From positions 482 to 64,481 of the forward strand of contig JBASMO010000044.1 of assembly GCA_049656905.1 (NCBI GenBank): a stretch of 64,000 bases of DNA. The letters are read 5' to 3'. Every line of letters starts with the position of its first letter. Position 1 is the first letter of the stretch. Origin of the DNA: Syntrophomonadaceae bacterium (lineage in GTDB: Bacteria; Bacillota; Syntrophomonadia; Syntrophomonadales; Syntrophomonadaceae). The position numbers and the translations under genes were made by a program. Below, one piece after another: positions 59,264 through 64,000 of the stretch. The notes beneath the pieces were generated by a model. It saw only the letters and a program-made list of their open reading frames with translations, had not been told where the DNA came from and made no database searches.

Positions 59264-61231
59264 ATGCGCAGAGTAATCACCATCCTAGCCTTGACCTTGC
59301 TGCTAGCGGTTACATTAGGGTTTAGTTTTGACTGGCCGGCAATAAAGATTCCGGAACCCTCCATTGTTTACGATATCAATGGGACCCCTATGCGGGGATT
59401 GTCGGAACAAAACCAAATAAACATATCTTTAGAGGAGATACCGTCCAGCTTTATTGCCGCAGTTATAGCCATAGAGGATAAGAACTTTTACAGCCATCAC
59501 GGAGTGGATTTCACCGGAATTTTGCGCGCCTTATACACTAATATCCGCCAGGGTAAAGTGGCTGCAGGAGGCAGTACTATCACCCAACAAACTGCTAAAA
59601 ATTTATTTTTAACCAATGAGCGTACACTAACCCGTAAAATAAAGGAACTGTTTTACGCTATACAGTTGGAAAGACAGTACAGCAAAGATGAGATACTCAC
59701 TATGTACTGCAATACTATCTATTTTGGTCAGGGAGCTTATGGAGTGGAAGTGGCGGCCCGGACTTTTTTCGGTAAACACGCCCGGGAGCTCACCTTGGCT
59801 GAGTCTGCTCTTCTGGCAGGATTGCCCCAGAGGCCCAGTGGCTACAATCCTTATGTTAATGCAGAAGCGGCTCAAAACCGGCAGAAAATGGTATTAAACC
59901 GGATGGTGGAAGAAAGTATGATAACGGCTGTGGAAAGAGATAAAGCCTTACAGCAGGAATTGGTTTATTACCGGTCAACCTATATGGGCGGAGATGCCCC
60001 CTATTTTATGGCTATGGTTAAGGACTACCTGATTGAAAAATATGGAGAAAGAATGGTATTTCAGGGAGGGCTGCGTGTTTATACAACCTTGGATCTCAAT
60101 TTACAGCAGGCCGCTAACCAAGCTTATAATCAAGGTACTAAGGATTGGGATCCCCAACTTCAGTTAGCATTAGTAGCTCTTGATACCCGGAACGGTCAAA
60201 TAAGGGCTTTAATAGGGGGACGTGATTATGCTGCTTCCAGCTATAATCGAGCTTATGCCAGGCGCCAACCAGGTTCAACATTTAAACCCTTTATGTATTC
60301 CCTCGCTATTGAAAGAGGATTTTCCGCTGCGGATCAAATTCAATGTGAAGAAGTGGAGTTTGAATTAGTAAACGGAGATATTTATAAGCCCACCGATTAT
60401 GGCAGTGAGCCCTACCATTGGCGGGCCTTCACCCTGAAAGAGGCAGTAATGATATCGGATAATGTAGTAGCCGTCCAGGTTAATCATATTCTGGGTCCCA
60501 AAGAAACCGCGGCTCATGCTGAAAAGTTCGGTTTTTCAGATTTACAGCCAGTTTTATCCTTGCCCTTAGGATCCAATGAGGTTACCCCAGTTAGTATGGC
60601 TGCTGCCTATGCAGTGTTCGCCAATCAAGGCATATATAATGAGCCGGTCTATATACTGCGGGTGGAAAATGCCCAGGGAACTGTTTTAGAAGAATATCAA
60701 GCCGCCCCCCAACAAATCATTTCACCTGAGAATGCCTACATAATCAATAATATGCTCCAAGGGGTAATGGATTCTGGTGGTACCGGCCACCATTTAAGAA
60801 ATACTATTGGTACTATACCAGCTGCAGGCAAAACCGGTACTACTGATGAGTTTAAGGATGCCTGGTTTGTGGGTTATACTCCTCGTATTTGCTGTGCGGT
60901 CTGGGTTGGATATGATCGCAACAAGAACGTTAGTTCGACAGGCGGGGTACTGGCTGGTCCCATATGGGCAAATTTTATTGCCCGGACAGCTGATCTATAT
61001 GGCCCGGCCGATTTTACCAAGCCTGACCAGGTGCAGATAATTAATATCTGTTTGGACAGTGGGCAGGTGGCCACCCAAGGGTGCTCGAGAACTAGCCCCA
61101 TGGCGTTTGCCAAAGGTACCGAACCTGCTGGTATCTGTTATTATCATGCCAAGGGTTGGGAATGGCTTTTACCCGAACCCGATGCTCATGAAGACAATGA
61201 GCCTTGGTGGGAGAAATGGACTCCCTGGTAA
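59264..61231 (+). CDS. Class A penicillin-binding protein (PBP1A family transglycosylase/transpeptidase)
   Basis: N-terminal anchor and GT51 motifs (AIEDKNFYSHHGVD, GGSTITQQ, RKIKE). Transpeptidase motifs are STFKP, SDN and KTGTT. Confidence 0.9.
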   Translation: MRRVITILALTLLLAVTLGFSFDWPAIKIPEPSIVYDINGTPMRGLSEQNQINISLEEIPSSFIAAVIAIEDKNFYSHHGVDFTGILRALYTNIRQGKVAAGGSTITQQTAKNLFLTNERTLTRKIKELFYAIQLERQYSKDEILTMYCNTIYFGQGAYGVEVAARTFFGKHARELTLAESALLAGLPQRPSGYNPYVNAEAAQNRQKMVLNRMVEESMITAVERDKALQQELVYYRSTYMGGDAPYFMAMVKDYLIEKYGERMVFQGGLRVYTTLDLNLQQAANQAYNQGTKDWDPQLQLALVALDTRNGQIRALIGGRDYAASSYNRAYARRQPGSTFKPFMYSLAIERGFSAADQIQCEEVEFELVNGDIYKPTDYGSEPYHWRAFTLKEAVMISDNVVAVQVNHILGPKETAAHAEKFGFSDLQPVLSLPLGSNEVTPVSMAAAYAVFANQGIYNEPVYILRVENAQGTVLEEYQAAPQQIISPENAYIINNMLQGVMDSGGTGHHLRNTIGTIPAAGKTGTTDEFKDAWFVGYTPRICCAVWVGYDRNKNVSSTGGVLAGPIWANFIARTADLYGPADFTKPDQVQIINICLDSGQVATQGCSRTSPMAFAKGTEPAGICYYHAKGWEWLLPEPDAHEDNEPWWEKWTPW

Positions 61232-61427
61232 AAAGGAGCACTCACGGAGATTAAACCCCTTCATCTTGACCCCCAGAATCGATTTCCACAGCCATGACTC
61301 CTTCATTTGCTTTTACCTGCACTGTAAAATTACATTGTGCTCCGGTAGGTAGTAGAAAGACATAGAACATGATACAATTTCCTTAAAAATGTTAAGAAAA
61401 CCTGTTGAATTTTGAAAAGGAGCTATC

Positions 61428-62117
61428 ATGGACCGTGTTGAATTAACAGTCGGAGTAAAAGATGCTGTACCCATTGTACTTGGTTACTTACCACTGGGAT
61501 TTGCCTTCGGAGTTTTAGCTAGTCAAGCTGGTATGACGGTTATACAGGCTACGGCGATGTCGGTTCTGTGTTTTACCGGAGCTGGACAGTACATTGCCCT
61601 AGGAGTCATTCAGGTTCAAGGGGCGATTATAACTGCAGTCATAGCTAATCTTTTAGTGAATGTACGCTATTTTCTCTTTACGACATCTATGGTTCCCTTT
61701 CTTAAAAACCATGTGAATCCTGTTATTGCTTCTATATTGTCATACGGGGTTACTGATGAGACCTATGCCGTGGCCATTAACAGGTATCAGAACCATCCTC
61801 CCACATCTGCTTATATGGCAGGACTTAACATCACTGCCCACCTGGGATGGATCAGCAGTACTGTCCTGGGAGCAGTACTTGGTTCCATGGTAACCAACAC
61901 TGACCAATTTGGATTAGCTTTTGCTCTGCCTGCCATGTACATTTGTTTGTTGGTGCTGTTAATCACCAAAAAATCGGATGTTTTAATTGCTCTGGTCTCA
62001 GCTATATTATGTCTGGTCATTGGTTATATATGGCCCTGGTCCATGGAAAACATGTTTAATATGGTTATTGCCACTATAGCAGCGGCAACTCTGGGGGTGA
62101 TGATCCGTGAGTTCTGA
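61428..62117 (+). CDS. azlC: AzlC family branched-chain amino acid exporter subunit
   Basis: 229-aa polytopic protein with AzlC-like segments (PIVLGYLPLGFAFGVLA, FTGAGQ). It is paired with a small azlD-like gene. Confidence 0.8.
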   Translation: MDRVELTVGVKDAVPIVLGYLPLGFAFGVLASQAGMTVIQATAMSVLCFTGAGQYIALGVIQVQGAIITAVIANLLVNVRYFLFTTSMVPFLKNHVNPVIASILSYGVTDETYAVAINRYQNHPPTSAYMAGLNITAHLGWISSTVLGAVLGSMVTNTDQFGLAFALPAMYICLLVLLITKKSDVLIALVSAILCLVIGYIWPWSMENMFNMVIATIAAATLGVMIREF

Positions 62118-62433
62118 GGCTATATGGATTACTATTATTGGGGTTTCACTAGCCACTTTGATACCGCGGATACTGCCAGTGGCACTTTTTTCGGGCTTTG
62201 AATTCCCCAAAATCGTAATTAAGTGGCTTTCCTATGTTGCTCCAGCTGTATTGGGAGCTTTGACCGCTTTGAGTATTCTTGCCCCCGCAGGGGAATTGCA
62301 TATATCGGTGAGCAACCTATATATCTGGGCTTTTATTCCGACTTTGTTAGTAGCTATAAAGACCCGCAGTCTATTTTTAACCCTATCGGTAGGAATTGCA
62401 GCCATGGCCATACTATATAATGTGATAATGTGA
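62107..62433 (+). CDS. azlD: AzlD family small membrane protein
   Basis: 108-aa hydrophobic protein overlapping the azlC end, the canonical azlCD arrangement. Confidence 0.7.
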   Translation: MSSEAIWITIIGVSLATLIPRILPVALFSGFEFPKIVIKWLSYVAPAVLGALTALSILAPAGELHISVSNLYIWAFIPTLLVAIKTRSLFLTLSVGIAAMAILYNVIM

Positions 62434-62500
62434 CCCTGTAAATGCACCTGGGCAGGAATTGTTGGTTAATTGGGGAAATTAGCATTAATGGAGACATAGA

Positions 62501-63331
62501 ATGGATGTATGTATCACAATTTTAGTGGAAAACACAACCCCTGTCCCTGGCTTGCTGGGTGAATATGGTTTCTCCGCCCTAATAGAGGTGGATGGGAAGC
62601 GATTTTTGTTTGATACAGGGAGCGGGGCGGCAGTTATTCAAAACGCCAAAACTTTGGGTATTGATTTATCGAGTATCGAGGCATTAGTTATAAGTCATGG
62701 TCATTTTGATCATACCGGCAGTGTTTTAAAGCTGTTACCGGAGTTGAAAAAGCCTATTGTATATGCCCATTCCGGAATATTTTCCCGGCATCTAGCCCAA
62801 GTCGGGCCAAATCAGACCCGTTATATAGGGGCCTCGTTTTCAAAAGAGGATCTTGCCGCGGTGGGAGCGGAATTCGTTGCTACCGACGGTTTTACCAAAC
62901 TGACAAACAACATATATCTAACCGGAACAATCCCACGCTTAACTGATTATGAAGATTCAGGAGGACCCTTTATAAAGGAGGTTGATGGTGAGTTAATACC
63001 TGATATCATCGAGGATGATATGGCCATGGTGATCGATCATCCCGGCGGCTTAATCATTGTCAGTGGTTGTGCCCATGCAGGCATGATCAACATGATCGAT
63101 TATGCAATTCAGAGTACTGGTAACAACAAGGTCTTAGCTTTTATAGGAGGAACCCATCTGATTAGCGCTAATAAAAAGCGACTTGAGAAAACGGTGGCTG
63201 ATTTAAAGCGAATAAATCCTACTAAACTAATTGTGTGTCATTGTACCGGTTTTGCGGCTACCAGTCATTTGGCATATGAATTACCATCAATCACTATAAA
63301 AGGTGAAACCGGTATGGTATTTCAATTTTAA
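62501..63331 (+). CDS. MBL-fold metallo-hydrolase
   Basis: HGHFDH (HxHxDH) metal motif and a downstream His/Cys ligand region (GCAHAG). Confidence 0.75.
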   Translation: MDVCITILVENTTPVPGLLGEYGFSALIEVDGKRFLFDTGSGAAVIQNAKTLGIDLSSIEALVISHGHFDHTGSVLKLLPELKKPIVYAHSGIFSRHLAQVGPNQTRYIGASFSKEDLAAVGAEFVATDGFTKLTNNIYLTGTIPRLTDYEDSGGPFIKEVDGELIPDIIEDDMAMVIDHPGGLIIVSGCAHAGMINMIDYAIQSTGNNKVLAFIGGTHLISANKKRLEKTVADLKRINPTKLIVCHCTGFAATSHLAYELPSITIKGETGMVFQF

Positions 63332-63348
63332 TAGGGGGATTAAAACCT

Positions 63349-64000
63349 TTGAAGAGTATGTACCGCTTAAAACCTAGGGATTTAAGAAAGTCCTGCAATC
63401 CCAAAAGCCTCAAGTTTGAAACTACTAAAGAGCTACTTCCCTTAAAGGGGATTATTGGTCAGGATAGAGCCCTGCGGTCCTTAGAATTTGCACTTACTAT
63501 CGATCATCAGGGGTATAATGTCTATCTAGCAGGTCCTTTAGGGACGGGTAAGACAACTTTGGCAAAGTATATGCTGGAGAATAAAGCTCGCCAAGAACCT
63601 TGCCCATCAGACTGGTGCTATGTTTACAATTTTGAAAATCCCGATTGCCCCGATGCTTTGGAACTTCCTGCTGGAAAGGGTAAACAATTCAAAAAAGATC
63701 TCGAGGACCAAGTGGAGAAAATAATTGCTCGAGTAGCCAAGGCTTTGGAAGAAGATGAATTCGATTACAAACGCGGTCAGATTATGAGCCAGTTTATGGA
63801 AAAAACTAATGATCTCTACATGCGCGCTGAGGAAGAAGCACGCAAGATGGGCTTTGGTATTACCAGAAGCGAACATGGTATCAGCAGCTATCCCTTAAAA
63901 GATGGGGAGGCTATGAACCAGGGACACTATTCGGAGTTAAGTGAAGATGAGCGAGCGGAATTAATGAAACGCAGCTATCGGGTACAGGAAATGTTAGCCG
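63349..64000 (+). CDS. Lon-like AAA+ protease, N-terminal part (runs off the window)
   Basis: The open frame has no stop before the window end. It contains YRLKPRDLRKSCNP..FETTKEL..IIGQDRAL..GPLGTGKTT (Walker A) and WCYVYNFENP, as in stand-alone Lon-like proteases. The start is TTG 63349 or ATG 63358. It is absent from the ORF track because it is unterminated. Confidence 0.7.
   Translation, partial: MKSMYRLKPRDLRKSCNPKSLKFETTKELLPLKGIIGQDRALRSLEFALTIDHQGYNVYLAGPLGTGKTTLAKYMLENKARQEPCPSDWCYVYNFENPDCPDALELPAGKGKQFKKDLEDQVEKIIARVAKALEEDEFDYKRGQIMSQFMEKTNDLYMRAEEEARKMGFGITRSEHGISSYPLKDGEAMNQGHYSELSEDERAELMKRSYRVQEMLA

Noticed and set aside
63607-63876. Minus-strand 89-aa ORF
   Set aside because: It lies antisense to an unterminated plus-strand frame with clear Lon-like AAA+ features (Walker A GPLGTGKTT and a conserved N-terminal region).

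Overview
This window is almost entirely plus-strand core chromosome from a flagellated, spore-forming Firmicute that looks Clostridia-like; I cannot name the species from sequence alone. The gene order follows the Bacillus subtilis layout. The distal fla/che operon (fliL-fliM-fliY-cheY-fliOPQR-flhBAFG, cheBAWCD, sigD) runs straight into rpsB-tsf-pyrH-frr-uppS-cdsA-dxr-rseP-ispG-proS-polC. Next come rimP-nusA-ylxR-ylxQ-infB-rbfA-nrnA-truB-ribF-rpsO-pnp, a cortex/sporulation-flavoured block (VanW, deacetylase, DacB-like, M16 peptidase, dut, ymxH) and guaB. A more accessory tail follows: MgtC, a riboswitch-controlled aminomutase, cadC-cadA, a SASP, a radical SAM gene, DUF47, PBP1A, azlCD, an MBL hydrolase and the start of a Lon-like protease. 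I recognised no rRNA, tRNA, CRISPR array, transposase or phage gene. The observations most worth a second look are these. (1) An unannotated minus-strand DUF1858-type redox gene has an in-frame TGA exactly at the second Cys of its CxxC motif, making it a candidate selenoprotein. (2) The PolC replicase goes directly from the first half of the PHP domain to the second half, so it lacks the inserted proofreading exonuclease domain. (3) A well-matched ydaO-type (c-di-AMP) riboswitch with its own promoter sits in front of a KamA-family aminomutase whose active-site residues carry the glutamate 2,3-aminomutase (beta-glutamate) signature. (4) pnp can only initiate at a non-canonical ATT codon. (5) A perfect 35-bp tandem duplication lies at the PilZ/cheB junction. 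All calls rest on reading the sequence and on remembered family motifs; no database searches were run.
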